A stretch of 64,000 nucleotides of DNA, taken from positions 192,001 through 256,000 of the forward strand of contig CAWGKG010000014.1 in assembly GCA_963823035.1 (NCBI GenBank). The letters are read 5' to 3'. Positions 18,662 to 32,347 of this stretch are shown piece by piece. Within the stretch, counting starts at the first letter, position 1. The number at the start of each line of letters is the position of its first letter. The DNA comes from an uncultured Gemmatimonadales bacterium (lineage in GTDB: Bacteria; Gemmatimonadota; Gemmatimonadetes; Longimicrobiales; Gaopeijiaceae). Made by a program: the position numbers and the translations under genes. Under the pieces are notes generated by a model that was not told the origin of the DNA, searched no databases, and worked only from the letters and a program-made list of their open reading frames with translations.

Positions 18662-18691
18662 GCCTGCTCCGGCTGGTTTCCACCAGCCGTA

Positions 18692-18765
18692 AGCGGGAGA
18701 CGGGACTCGAACCCGCGACCCTCAGCTTGGAAGGCTGATGCTCTAGCCAACTGAGCTACTCCCGC
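18692..18765 (-). tRNA. tRNA-Gly(TCC)
   Basis: GCGGGAG...CTCCCGC, anticodon TCC, GGTTCGAGTCC. Confidence 0.95.
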
Positions 18766-18806
18766 AAACTCGCCGGCGCGACCCAACCTCGCCGTACCCG
18801 ACGTCA

Positions 18807-18889
18807 TGGTGGGGGGAGGATTCGAACCTCCGAAGGCGTGCGCCAACAGATTTACAGTCTGTCCCGTTTGACCGCTTCGGTACCCCACC
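18807..18889 (-). tRNA. tRNA-Tyr(GTA)
   Basis: GGTGGGG...CCCCACCA, CTGTAAA loop, long variable arm. Confidence 0.95.
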
Positions 18890-19084
18890 GGATGCAGGCA
18901 CCCGAATGGTTGTCGGGGCCACCTCGCCCGCTCTCCCCGGCCGTCGAACCCGGCGATGGCGTGGAAAAGAGCCGCCCCCGGCATGTCAGGAGCGGCCTTC
19001 TCGGAACGAGCTTTGAAAGGTAATTGCGGCTTCGGAGGCCATCAACCCCCGAAACAGGGATGGTGAGCGGGCTCCCGGTCCGGA

Positions 19085-19157
19085 AGCTGGCGAAGGGACT
19101 CGAACCCCCAACCTGCTGCTTACAAGGCAGCTGCTCTACCAATTGAGCTACGCCAGC
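19085..19157 (-). tRNA. tRNA-Thr(TGT)
   Basis: GCTGGCG...CGCCAGC, CTTGTAA loop. Confidence 0.95.
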
Positions 19158-19169
19158 GAAGGCCGGATA

Positions 19170-19198
19170 ACGATGGCCGGCCCCATCCCCGGGGTCAA
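19170..19198 (-). promoter_or_regulatory. putative promoter of the tRNA-tuf operon
   Basis: TTGACC-17 bp-CATCGT directly upstream of tRNA-Thr(TGT). Confidence 0.5.
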
Positions 19199-19271
19199 CC
19201 TCGCGGCGAGTCGTCGGGATTCTCTCAGCGATCCGAGCCAGACTTCGGTTGACCGGCCGGGGGCGCCGGGG

Positions 19272-20705
<1,434 letters not shown>

Positions 20706-20736
20706 GCTTGCTGGTTCGCTGGGGGAAGTCGGTCGC

Positions 20737-21432
20737 TCAGGAGGCCCGGGCGGCGGCGGCCTCGGCGAGCGTCTGCAGCGCCGCCACCGGGTCGGCCGCC
20801 TGCGTGATGGGGCGGCCCACCACGAGGTAGTCTGCGCCGGCGGACACGGCGTCGGCCGGGGAGGCTACCCGCTTCTGGTCTCCCTGATCCGCTCCCTTGA
20901 GCCGGATGCCCGGCGTGACGATCAGCATCTCGTCGCCGATCGCCGGGCGGATCCATCCCGCCTCCACGGCGGACGCCACCACGCCGTCCAGCTCCGTCTC
21001 GGCAGCGAATTGCGCGAGGCGGACGACCTCGTCCCGGATGGAGCGGATCTCCCGGCCCCAGACCTGCTCCACGTCCGAGGGCGTGAGCGAGGTGAGCACG
21101 GTGACGCCGAGCAACCGCACGCGTCCCTCGGCCGCCTCGACCCCGGCGCGAAGCATGGGCCCGCCTCCACCGACGTGCAGCGTGAGGAGCTCGACGTCGA
21201 GCGCCGCCGCGGCGCGCACCGCGCCCGCGACCGTGTTCGGGATGTCGTGCAGCTTCAGGTCGAGGAAGACCCGCTTCCCGCGATCGTGGAGCGCGCGCAC
21301 CACATCCGGCCCGGCGCGCGTATACAGCTCGAGGCCTACCTTGTAGAAGCCGCCGACGTCGCCGAGCAGGTCGACGAGGGACAGCGCTTCGGCGGCGGCG
21401 CCGTAGTCGAGCGCGACGATGATCTCGGCCAT
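20737..21432 (-). CDS. pyrF: orotidine-5'-phosphate decarboxylase
   Basis: IVALD, FLDLKLHDIPNT, TPGIR, VVGRPI. Confidence 0.97.
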   Translation of the reverse strand: MAEIIVALDYGAAAEALSLVDLLGDVGGFYKVGLELYTRAGPDVVRALHDRGKRVFLDLKLHDIPNTVAGAVRAAAALDVELLTLHVGGGGPMLRAGVEAAEGRVRLLGVTVLTSLTPSDVEQVWGREIRSIRDEVVRLAQFAAETELDGVVASAVEAGWIRPAIGDEMLIVTPGIRLKGADQGDQKRVASPADAVSAGADYLVVGRPITQAADPVAALQTLAEAAAARAS

Positions 21433-22358
21433 CAGGTCTCCGAGGGGACGGGGTGCGGCGCGACGAGCGCGGACCACTCGGGTACGCCGGCCCGGCGGCC
21501 CCAGCGCTCCAGACCGCGTACGATGCGCGCGGCGGCGCGGGGCTCGGCGAAGGACGCGGTGCCCACCTCGACGAGCAGGGCGCCCGCGCGAGCGTACGCC
21601 ACCGCGTCGTCCGGGGCGCCGACGCCTCCGACCCCCACGAGCGGAAGGTGGGTCACGGCGCGCGCGCGCCGCACGGCGAGCAACCCGGTCGGGCGCAGGG
21701 AGGGGCCGCTCATCCCACCCGCGCCCGCGCCCAGCGTCGGATGGCCCTGCACGCCCAGCAGGATGCCCGGGAGCGTGTTCACCAGCGTGAGGCCGTCCGC
21801 ACCGGCGTCCGTGGCGACGCGCACGCTGTTCTCCAGCGACGGGTCGTTGGGGGCGAGCTTGGCCAGCAGGGGCCGGTCCGTGCGGGCCCGGCATCCCTCG
21901 AGCACGCGCGCGAGGGCATCCGGGTCGAGCGCGAAGGGCGGGCCGCCGCGCTTGGTGTCGTTCGGGCAGGAGAGGTTCACCTCGAAGCCGAGGAACCCGT
22001 CCTCGTCGTCGAAGCCCTCCACGAGCGCCAGGTAGTCCGCGATCGAATGGCCGGCGATGCTCACGAACACGCGCGCGCGGCGGACGTTGTCGCGGATCCA
22101 GGGAAGAGCCTCACGGCGCGCGCCCTCGAGCCCCGGATTGGTGAGCCCGATCGAGTTGAGCATGCCACCCTCGAACTCGGCGACGCGCGGGGCCGGGTTC
22201 CCCCGGCGCGGCTCGGGCGTCACGGACTTGGTGACGAATCCACCGAGGAGGTCCAGGTCGACGACCTCGGCCAGCTCCCGTCCGAAGCCGCACGTGCCCG
22301 CGGCCAGGAGGACGGGGTTCTGGAACGACGTCCCGAACACCTCGGTCTGCAGTCTCAA
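21432..22358 (-). CDS. pyrD: dihydroorotate dehydrogenase family 1
   Basis: NPVLLAAGT, MLNSIGLTNPG, EVNLSCPN, GGMSG. Confidence 0.93.
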   Translation of the reverse strand: MRLQTEVFGTSFQNPVLLAAGTCGFGRELAEVVDLDLLGGFVTKSVTPEPRRGNPAPRVAEFEGGMLNSIGLTNPGLEGARREALPWIRDNVRRARVFVSIAGHSIADYLALVEGFDDEDGFLGFEVNLSCPNDTKRGGPPFALDPDALARVLEGCRARTDRPLLAKLAPNDPSLENSVRVATDAGADGLTLVNTLPGILLGVQGHPTLGAGAGGMSGPSLRPTGLLAVRRARAVTHLPLVGVGGVGAPDDAVAYARAGALLVEVGTASFAEPRAAARIVRGLERWGRRAGVPEWSALVAPHPVPSET

Positions 22359-23684
22359 CGTGTCCTCATCTCCTGGAGGCGTCGGGCCAGCTCCTCCTCG
22401 AGCGGCTCGAGGCCCGGTGCGGGCTCACCACGGGCCGCCAGAACGTAAGGGCTTTCCGACCTTCCCTCCAAGCGGCCCCTGAGCCACGCGCGTCCGCCCG
22501 CGTCCGTGGTCACGTTCAGGGCGGCGAGCAGAGCCTTCGCCGTCCAGGGGCCGTCGGGCACCTGGTCCGCGTAGGCGAGGTAGAGCCCGCGCGCCAGGAT
22601 CGGGGCGCCCGAGCCGCTCGCTCGCGACCTCGGCGGCGCCGAACAGGCCGAGCGGGTCCGAGAGACCGATCTCGGCCAGGTCGTTCATCTCGCGGAGCGC
22701 CTGCAGGAGGTCCGCGGCCGGAGCCTCGTCCTCGGCCGGGAGGAGCACGGTGAGGGCGTCGCGTATGTCGACCAGGTCACGCGCCCGCGCCAGCTGCCAT
22801 CGGGCGAGCTCGACCCGGGCCTCCACGGCCGCCGGCCCGATCCCGTCCGCCACGCGCTCGACCCCGTCCTGCGCGGCGAGGCTGTCGCCGGCTTCGCGCA
22901 GCAGGCGCGCCCGTTCCAGACGCACCTTCCCCCGGGAGCCCTGGCTCCAGCGCGACGTGTCCGCCGCGGACAGCATGCGCGCCGCCGTGGCGGGTCCCCA
23001 GCGCCCCGAGGTGAGGCGGGCCAGCGCGACCACAGTGTCCGAGCGCTCTCCGGCCTCGGAGAGGGCCAGGAGCCGATCCATCCCCTCCTGAGCGCGTGCC
23101 GGCTGATCGTAGCGCACACCCGAGACGATGCGCTCGATGGCCGCCGACATGCGCACCGAGCCCGATCCCGAGCGCGCCTGGTCGAGGTCCCACCATCCCT
23201 CCTCGCGCTGGCTGCCGTCGAGGAGCGCCCGCCCGCGCCACAGGTGTCCCTCCGCCATCACGGGTCCCGGGCGCAGGGCCTCCAGCCCCGCGTCGAGGAG
23301 GCCGATGGCGGTCGGGAGGTCTCCCGCCTCGACGTACGAAGCCCCCAGGTAGACCTGTGCGCCCGAGCGCACCTGGTCGTCGTCGGTGACGCGCGCGGCG
23401 CGTTCGAGCGCGGCACGGGCGGCGCGCAGATCCCCCATGCGCAGGTACGCGCGCCCCATGAGGAGAAGCGCGTCGTCGGCCCACTCGCCGGTGGGCTCCA
23501 TCCGGAAGGCCTTCGCGCTCTTCGCCACCACCTCCTGGTAGTCCGCCCGCGCGAGGGAGTCCAGCCCTGCCACGCGGTGGGTCTCGCCCAGGTCGAAGAG
23601 CCGTTCGGCGTTGTAGAGGGAGTTGTAGTAGACGCACCCCGCCGACAGCGCGAGGGCCGCCACGAGCCACGCGCCCGGCTTCAT
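22355..23684 (-). CDS. TPR-like lipoprotein (apparent +1 frameshift near 22597)
   Basis: Lipobox LSAGC then VYYNSLYNA; helical repeats; reading continues in a second frame LARGLYLAYADQVPDGPW to the stop overlapping the pyrD start. Confidence 0.7.
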
Positions 23685-24887
23685 CGTCCCGCTCCGGTCA
23701 CCCCTCCGGTGCCTGGAGGATACCGCTCGAAGAACTCCGTCACGGCCTTCGCGATCGCCTGGCCGGCCTTCTTCTGGAAGTCGGGGGTCGCGAGCAGACG
23801 CGCCTCGGTGGGGTTCGACAGGTAGCCGACCTCCACGAGCACGGCCGGCATCAGCGCGTTCGTGATCACGGCGAGGGGCGCCTGCTTCACGCCCCGGTCG
23901 GGCCCGGGATGGATGACGGCCACGTCGCGTTGGATCATCTCCGCGAGCAGCGCCGACCAGTGCTGCGTGTCGAGGTTCCTCAGCTCGCGCAGGATGAAGT
24001 CGAGGTCCCCTCCCGCATGAACCCCCTCCTCCTCGTGCCCCACGGGCGCGTTCTCGATCGCGGCCACGCGGCGCTCGTGCTCGGTACGCGCATCCGAGAG
24101 GAAATAGGTCTCGAAGCCGCGCGCCGGTGAGTTGAAGGAGTTGGCGTGCACGCTGATGAAGACGCCCGGGCGCTCTCCCTTCAGCTCCGTGGCCATCGCG
24201 CCACGGTCCCAGAGGGGGATGAACGTGTCGTCGTCGCGGAGGAGGTGCACCTCGAGGTCCGGGACCGACTCCAGCGTGTGGGCGAGCGCGAGCGCGACGC
24301 CCAGGGCCACGGTCTTCTCTTCGATGCCCGGAGCGGCTCGTCGAGCCCGGGTCCTGACCGCCGTGGCCCGCGTCGATGATCACCACGCGCACCCCGTCGT
24401 CCACCGGCGTCGCCGTGCGCTCCGCCGCCGCCCTCGTCAGGGTGGACCCACCTCCGTCGGTCGAGGGCTCGGAGACGGTCAGCAGCATGCGCAGCCCGTC
24501 GAAGGCGTACACGTCGGGCAAGCGGCGCGGGAGGAAGTCGGTCAGAAGCTGGAGGGGGACACGCAGGGCGCCCCCGTCGAAGTACGGCGGGTCGGACAGC
24601 TGGAGGGGCTCCCCGTCCCAACGGAAGAAGGGCGTTCCCGCGCGGAGGTCGATGCGCGTGTCGTGGGGCCCCGCGAGCGTCACACCGCCGTCGTTCGCAG
24701 ATACGCGCCATCCGACCCGAGCCAACTCGGAGGCGGGTACGGCAGCGTATCCGCGCTCCGCGCCGACCACCACCGCCCACTCGCTGTGCCCGTCGCGCAC
24801 GCGCAGGTTCGGGCGCCCCTGGGCGACGAGGTGCACGGGCAGGAGGAGAGCCGCCACGGCGACCAGGAGCGAGGCCGCTGGCCTCAC
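23681..24887 (-). CDS. N-acetylmuramoyl-L-alanine amidase (Amidase_3; apparent +1 frameshift near 24328)
   Basis: Signal peptide; [12 protein letters not shown] in one frame, EEK...FISVHAN...PAVLVEVGY in the next. Confidence 0.88.
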
Positions 24888-25357
24888 TCGGCCCCCCGCT
24901 GCGCGGCCACGGCGCGCTTGGCTTCGCGCACCTGCTGCTTCTCCTTGAGCGCGGCGCGCTTGTCGTGGAGCTTCTTCCCGCGCGCGAGGGCGAGCAGGAC
25001 CTTGGCGTAGCCCCGCCTGAAGTAGATCTCCAGTGGGATCAGGGTGAGGCCCTTCTCCTCCACCTTCCCCAGGAGCCTGCGGATCTCGATGCGGTTCAGC
25101 AGGAGCTTCCGGGGACGGAGCGGATCCTCGTTGAAGCGGTTCGCCTGCTCGTAGGGACTGATGTGCAGGCTACGCAGCCAGACCTCGCCCCGGTCCACGT
25201 GCGCGAAGGCGTCCTGGAAGGCGACCTTGCCCTCCCGCAGCGACTTCACCTCCGGACCCTTCAACGCGATCCCCGCCTCGAAGGTCTCCAGGATCTCGTA
25301 CTCGTGGCGCGCCTTGCGGTTGCGTGCCACCACCTTGCGGGCGTCGTCCTCGCTCAC
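24884..25357 (-). CDS. smpB: SsrA-binding protein
   Basis: [24 protein letters not shown]. Confidence 0.98.
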   Translation of the reverse strand: MSEDDARKVVARNRKARHEYEILETFEAGIALKGPEVKSLREGKVAFQDAFAHVDRGEVWLRSLHISPYEQANRFNEDPLRPRKLLLNRIEIRRLLGKVEEKGLTLIPLEIYFRRGYAKVLLALARGKKLHDKRAALKEKQQVREAKRAVAAQRGAE

Positions 25358-25397
25358 GGAACCTCGGCTTCGGTCGGGGGACGGGCCGGAGAACCCT

Positions 25398-26303
25398 TCA
25401 GATCCGTCCGCCCGCGGCGCGCAGGGACTGCAGGCGGACGGCCTTTCGCATCGTGTACACCTGGGCGATCTCGCCGCCCAGAATGAACACCAGGGACTCG
25501 TAATAGATCCAGAAGAAGAGGATGGCCACCGTGGCCAGATTCCCCCACGTGGAGGAGTAGTCCGCGACCCCGGTGGCGTACCACGAGAAGCCCTGCTTCA
25601 GCACCTCGTGGAGGGTGGACGAGAAGGTCGCGGCCACGACCGCGGCCCGCCACGGAATGCGTCGCGCCGGGAGATAGCGGTACACGACCAGGAAGAGCGT
25701 CCAGATGGAGGCGAAGGCGACCGCGGTCCCGAGGAAGAACTCGGCGGCGCTTACCGCCGTCCCCCCCAGCCCGAACACCTGGCCGCCGTACGTGACGGCC
25801 GCCTCGAAGGTGACGGTCACGCCCAGGTTCAGCGTGAGCAGCAGGACCCCGACCACCACGACCTGGATGTCGAACAGCTTGCCGCGCACGATGCCGCGTG
25901 ACTGCGCGATGTCGAAGATCTCCCGGAGCACGACACGCAGCGTGCCCACCAGGCGCGTCGCGAGCCATGCGAAGAACAAGGCACCCAGAAAGGTGAAGCC
26001 CGAGCGGCGCTCGAGCACGCCCGACACGATGCGCCGGACGGCGCCCGACGGATCCACCCCGCCCCTGGTCTGCGGGAGATTGCCCGCGAGCAACGTCACG
26101 ATCGCCTGCACGGGATCGTTCACCTGGGTCGACAGCACGTAGCCCGTGAGCCCGATTCCCAGGAGCGCGAGGGGGATCGCCGCGATGAGGATGTTGAAGG
26201 CCACGGCGCTCGCCATCACGAAGACCTCGTCCTCCAGCACCTTCACCCACAGGCGACGCGCAAACTCCCCCACCCGGTAGCCCCGCTGGTGGGTCGGGCT
26301 CAT
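25398..26303 (-). CDS. YihY/virulence factor BrkB family membrane protein
   Basis: MASAVAF...VYRYLP...YSSTWGNL...ILGGE, multiple TM helices. Confidence 0.88.
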   Translation of the reverse strand: MSPTHQRGYRVGEFARRLWVKVLEDEVFVMASAVAFNILIAAIPLALLGIGLTGYVLSTQVNDPVQAIVTLLAGNLPQTRGGVDPSGAVRRIVSGVLERRSGFTFLGALFFAWLATRLVGTLRVVLREIFDIAQSRGIVRGKLFDIQVVVVGVLLLTLNLGVTVTFEAAVTYGGQVFGLGGTAVSAAEFFLGTAVAFASIWTLFLVVYRYLPARRIPWRAAVVAATFSSTLHEVLKQGFSWYATGVADYSSTWGNLATVAILFFWIYYESLVFILGGEIAQVYTMRKAVRLQSLRAAGGRI

Positions 26304-26427
26304 GACGCGGCGCTACCGCCGCGAAGCGCCATCGGGGCCGGACGAGGAAACGCCGCGGAGGGAGAAGACGTCTCCCGCCGCGGCGTCGAGGGGCAGCGAC
26401 CGATCCCGCCCGGAGGTGGGAAGCCTC

Positions 26428-26856
26428 TCAGGCCTCCTCCTCCGCATCGGCGGGCTCGTCGCCGGCCGCCACAGCCTGACGCGCCGCATCCACGCCGGCA
26501 CGGTAGGCGGCCTTCGACCGCTCCAGCTTGCGCTCCAGATCGTCGCGCGCCTCGCCGGCGGCCTTGCGGCCCGCCTCGACCGCGTCGCGCACGCCTTCGA
26601 CGCGGCTCTGGACGCCCTCGCGTGCCGTATCGAGCCGCTCCTCCAGCTGCTTCTGCGCCTCGCGCATCCGCGTCTCGGCGGCGGACTTGAGCTTGAGCGC
26701 GCGGTCCTTGAGGTCCTGCTGCGTCTCCTCCCCGCTCCGGGGAGCGAGGAGCAGCGCGGCTCCGGCGCCGACGAGCGCGCCGAGGATGAACGCGCCGATG
26801 CCGCTTCCCCCGCCACGCTCGATGACGATGTAGGGTCCTTCGTCCTGCTCACGCAT
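26428..26856 (-). CDS. YtxH domain protein
   Basis: FILGALVGAGAALLLAPRSGEET followed by coiled coil. Confidence 0.88.
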   Translation of the reverse strand: MREQDEGPYIVIERGGGSGIGAFILGALVGAGAALLLAPRSGEETQQDLKDRALKLKSAAETRMREAQKQLEERLDTAREGVQSRVEGVRDAVEAGRKAAGEARDDLERKLERSKAAYRAGVDAARQAVAAGDEPADAEEEA

Positions 26857-26923
26857 GGTTTGCCTCCCTTGTGCCTGGAAGCTAATCAGCCGTAGTGGGT
26901 GCCGCGAGGTCGGGCTGCAGGAA

Positions 26924-28318
26924 TCACACCACCCAACGCGGGTCGCCCGGGTCGAGTTCGGGGGCCTCGAAGCCTTCTCGCCCCATGAGGCCGTACGTAA
27001 GCACCTTACCCAGTTCCACCCCGGGTTGGTCCAGCGGATCCACGCCGTAGAGCGCGCCGGCGTACACGGTCGCGATCTGCAGCACCATGAACAGCGCGCC
27101 CAGTGCGCGCGCGTCGACGCGCGGGAGAAGGAAGGTCGCGTTCGGGCGCCCCTCCCGCCGGAGCGCCTCGGCGGTCGCGCGCCGCTCCGCGCTCAGCAGC
27201 CCGCCCAGCGTGTGCCCACCCAGGTAGGAGAGGGCGGAGATCTCGGGGTGGCGCTCCGGGATCGTCACGTCGCCGCCCGGGTCGTCGACCGCGACGAGAA
27301 GCACGACCTTGTCCTGTGGACCCTCCATCAGCAGTTGCAGGAGGGAGTGCTGGTCCGTCGCCCCGACCGCGGCGACCGGCGTGGGCCCGGTCGGCCGCGC
27401 TTCCCCGTCGAGCCCGTGCGCCTTCCCCAACGACTCCGCCCAGAGTTGCTGGAACCAGAGCGCCGTCGAGCGGAGACGGTCCGCGTAGGGCATGAGCACG
27501 TGGATCGGCCGACCCTGCTCGGTGTCGCAGGCGTGCAGCAGCGTGGCGAGGACTCCTGCGGGATTGGCGGACAGGTCGTCCGTCGCGCAGCGCTTCTCCA
27601 TCCACGCTGCGCCCGCGACCAGCGCGCCCACGTCGACGCCACAGATCGCTGCCGGGAGCAGACCGACCGGGGAGAGCACCGAGAAGCGCCCGCCCACGTT
27701 CTCCGGAACGGGGGCGGTGGGGATGCCCTCCGCGTCGGCGATCTGCCGGAGCGCGCCCTTCGACGGATCCGTGGTGAAGAGGAAATGTCCGCGGGCGTGC
27801 GCCTCCCCGACGGTGGCCTCGACCCGGGCGCGCGTGACCAGATACTGCGCCATCGTCTCGGCGGTCGAGCCCGACTTGCTGACGACGTTGAAGAGCACCT
27901 TGGCGAGGTCCAGCCGGTCGAGCAGGCGCTGGAGCGTGAAGGGGTCGGGGTTGTCGAGCACGTGGAGGCGGGGAAAGTGATCCCGCTCGTCGTCCGACCG
28001 CTCGTTCCAGTAGGGGCCGAGCAGTGCGTCGCGCACGGCCACCGTGCCGAGGCCCGACCCTCCGATGCCGAGCACGACCACGTCCTCGAACCACTGGCCG
28101 AAGCCGTCGGCGAGCTCCTGGACGCGGCCGAGCGTGTCCGTGGCGTACGGGAGATCGAAGAAGCCCATGTCTCCCGAGGCACGTCGGCTCTGCACGGCCG
28201 CATGGGCCTCGCGAAAGCGGGCGGCCATCTCACCGGCGAGGCGGTCGGGATCGACCCCTCCCCGCACGTGGGGCGCGAGGAGGTTCGCGTAGTCCAGGCG
28301 CAGGCCGGCGTCAGCCAT
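26924..28318 (-). CDS. pgi: glucose-6-phosphate isomerase
   Basis: GIGGS, SKSGSTAET, GGRFSV, QQLWAESLGK, DQPGVELGK. Confidence 0.96.
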   Translation of the reverse strand: MADAGLRLDYANLLAPHVRGGVDPDRLAGEMAARFREAHAAVQSRRASGDMGFFDLPYATDTLGRVQELADGFGQWFEDVVVLGIGGSGLGTVAVRDALLGPYWNERSDDERDHFPRLHVLDNPDPFTLQRLLDRLDLAKVLFNVVSKSGSTAETMAQYLVTRARVEATVGEAHARGHFLFTTDPSKGALRQIADAEGIPTAPVPENVGGRFSVLSPVGLLPAAICGVDVGALVAGAAWMEKRCATDDLSANPAGVLATLLHACDTEQGRPIHVLMPYADRLRSTALWFQQLWAESLGKAHGLDGEARPTGPTPVAAVGATDQHSLLQLLMEGPQDKVVLLVAVDDPGGDVTIPERHPEISALSYLGGHTLGGLLSAERRATAEALRREGRPNATFLLPRVDARALGALFMVLQIATVYAGALYGVDPLDQPGVELGKVLTYGLMGREGFEAPELDPGDPRWVV

Positions 28319-29095
28319 CGTCGTGCACCTCGATCGCGAGTCCGTCGTAGGCCGGCTCGACGCCGTCGGGAAGGCGCTCCAGGAGCTCGGCGTGCGTCAC
28401 CCTGTGGGTCAGGTGCGTCAGGTACGTCCGGCGTGCCCCGACCTCGCGGGCCGCCTCCACCGCCTCCTCCACCGTGAAGTGGGTGGGGTGGGAACGGCCG
28501 AACCAGAGCGCGTTGAGCACCAGCACGTCCACGTCGCGAAGGGCGTCCATGGCCTCCGGCGGGAGGCACTTGCCGTCGGTCACGTAGCCCAGGCCGCCGA
28601 CACGGAAGCCGTAGACCCGCACCGATCCATGGGGAACGGTGACCGGAAGGAACGTGCCGCCCAGGATGTCCTGGGGTCGTCCGGGCTCCAGGTCGTGGAG
28701 GTGGATCCTCGGCTTGTGACTGCCCTCGGGCGGCCGCACCGCGTCGTCGAAGATGTACTTGAAGTGGGCGGAGAGCGGGGCGTGGTATTCCGCCCCCACC
28801 CACGCGGGGATGTCCGGGCCGCCACGTACCGTGAAGACGCGCAGGTCGTCGATCCCGTGGATGTGGTCGGCGTGGATGTGCGTGAACCAGATGGCGTCCA
28901 CACGCCGAACCCCGGCCGCGAGCAACTGCAGGCGCAGCTCCGGCGGCGTGTCCACGAGCAACTTCCCTCCCTCGAGCTCGAGCACCGCGCCGTGCCGGGT
29001 GCGTCGGTCCCGGGGATCGCTCGACGTGCACGCGGCGCAGTCACACCCGACGACGGGAACGCCGAACGAGGTGCCGGTGCCGAGGAAGGTGAGCT

Positions 29096-29099
<4 letters not shown>
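28311..29099 (-). CDS. MBL-fold metallo-hydrolase (PhnP-like)
   Basis: FLGTGTSFGVP..C.C..C, THIHADHIHG, THLTH. Confidence 0.92.
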
Positions 29100-30526
<1,427 letters not shown>

Positions 30527-30723
30527 AGGGGATGGCCCGGAAGACGCGAACCTCGGAGCGGGCGCGGGCAGGGGAGCCCAATCCGGGGCGAAGCAGTCGA
30601 ATTGTCGCGGACCCCGAGGAGGCGGGCAAGCGCACCGGACTTGTGGGGAAGGCACGGGCCCGCTTCTTTTCCGCCCCGGGGCTTACCCTACCCCCGACCC
30701 CATCAGGAGCCCACACGCCCCCC

Positions 30724-31872
30724 ATGTCCTCCGTCCAAGTCCGGGACGCCTCCGAGGCCGAACCCCTGGCCCGCTCCCTCGCGGGATCGCGCCGCTTCGC
30801 GCTCGACTGCGAGGCGGCGGGATTTCACCGCTATTCGGACCGTTTGTGTCTCCTCCAGGTGACGACCGAGGACGACACCTTCATCGTCGATCCGCTCTCC
30901 TTCGATCCTTCCGACCTCCTGCGCGGGCCGCTCGAGGACCCGGAGGTCGAGATCGTGATGCACGGTGCCGACTTCGACCTGCGCCTCCTGGACCGAGATC
31001 TCGACATCCGCCTGCACGGCCTCTTCGACACCCAGGTCGCGGCAGCCCTCCTGGGCGAATCTGCGCTCGGCCTCCAGGCCCTCCTGGAGAGCCGTCTGGG
31101 CGTGTCCCTCTCCAAGAAGTACCAGCGCGCCGACTGGGCGGAGCGCCCCCTCAAGGAGGGGATGCTGGACTACGCCGCGGACGACACCCGGTATCTCAGG
31201 AAGCTGGCCGACCTCCTGCGCGAGGACCTGCGCACCGCGGGACGGGAGGCCTGGGCCGTGGAGGAGTGCCGTGCGCTCGAGGAGAGCGCCACGGCACCGA
31301 CCGACGAGGAGCCCGAGGACGTCGTGGTCCGCGTGAAGGGTGCGCGTGACCTGACCCCCCGCGAGGTCACGGCGCTGCGCGAGGCCATCGACTGGCGCGA
31401 CGAGATCGCCCGTGCGCGCGACCGTGCTACGTTCCGTGTTGTGGGCGATCCGGCGCTGCTGGAAGCCGTGGTGCGCCGCCCCCTGAGCGACTCGGAGCTG
31501 GCGGCGATCAAGGGCTTCCCCAAGGCGCTGGCGCGCACGGACGGGGACGAGCTTCTGCGTCGCTTCGACCATGTGGCGCAGCTCCCCGACGACGAGTTGC
31601 GCCCCTATCCGCGGCGGCCTCGGGGCGGCGGCCCGGGACGGCCCTCCCCCGAGGTGGAGGAGCTGGCCGAGAAGCTCAAGAACGCGCGCAACCGACGGGC
31701 CGAGGCGCTCGGGCTCGACCGCGGCACGCTCCTTCCGAACGCGCTCCTCCTCGCGATCGCCCAGGCGGCACCCGCGGACGAGCAGGCGCTCTTCGCGGTG
31801 GAAGGTATCCGGCGCTGGCAGGTCGAAGCCGTCGGTGCGCAGCTCCTCGAGGTGCTGGGCGCGCGCCGCTGA
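30724..31872 (+). CDS. rnd: ribonuclease D (3'-5' exonuclease + HRDC)
   Basis: ALDCE, FDTQVAA, ADWAERPL, YAADD. Confidence 0.9.
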   Translation: MSSVQVRDASEAEPLARSLAGSRRFALDCEAAGFHRYSDRLCLLQVTTEDDTFIVDPLSFDPSDLLRGPLEDPEVEIVMHGADFDLRLLDRDLDIRLHGLFDTQVAAALLGESALGLQALLESRLGVSLSKKYQRADWAERPLKEGMLDYAADDTRYLRKLADLLREDLRTAGREAWAVEECRALEESATAPTDEEPEDVVVRVKGARDLTPREVTALREAIDWRDEIARARDRATFRVVGDPALLEAVVRRPLSDSELAAIKGFPKALARTDGDELLRRFDHVAQLPDDELRPYPRRPRGGGPGRPSPEVEELAEKLKNARNRRAEALGLDRGTLLPNALLLAIAQAAPADEQALFAVEGIRRWQVEAVGAQLLEVLGARR

Positions 31873-31898
31873 CGGCCTTCGGGGTCGCGGGCGACGCC

Positions 31899-32282
31899 TC
31901 AGGCCGCCTCCTCCTCCTTCAGCTTGCAGTCGATGCAGTAGCGGGCGTGCGGTAGCGCGTCCAGCCGCTCGAAGCCCACGTCGTTCCCGCACGTGTGGCA
32001 GGTGCCGAACTTCTTGGGATCGTTGTAGAGGCGGCGCAGCGCCTCCTCCAGACGATACAGGTAGCGCCCCTCCTTCGTCGCGAACACGGCCGCCTTTTCC
32101 CGCTCCATGGCCTCGGTGCCCTGATCGGCCATGTGGTCCGTGTACGCGGCAAGATCCGAATCGCCGGACTCACGGTCCGCCTTGGCCATCTCGTCGAAGA
32201 GGCCGAGGGCCTTGAGGGCCCGGGCGCGCTCGTCGAGGAGGCGCTTCTCGATGTGGGCGAGCTGCTTCTTGTTCAGGGGCAT
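31899..32282 (-). CDS. DksA/TraR C4 zinc-finger protein
   Basis: HMADQGT, CHTC...ERLDALP..CIDC. Confidence 0.9.
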   Translation of the reverse strand: MPLNKKQLAHIEKRLLDERARALKALGLFDEMAKADRESGDSDLAAYTDHMADQGTEAMEREKAAVFATKEGRYLYRLEEALRRLYNDPKKFGTCHTCGNDVGFERLDALPHARYCIDCKLKEEEAA

Positions 32283-32347
32283 TTTCGATCTCGAGGCAAT
32301 ACGGGGTCGAATTAGCCTTCAAAGGTACACAATGCCCCGAACGTCGT

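Noticed and set aside
18890..19084. Possible ncRNA in the tRNA-Thr/Tyr spacer
   Set aside because: Only short hairpins expected at this GC content; no recognisable family
22425..24887. 820-aa amidase-TPR fusion ORF
   Set aside because: Artefact of a frameshift joining the amidase N-terminus to the downstream lipoprotein frame
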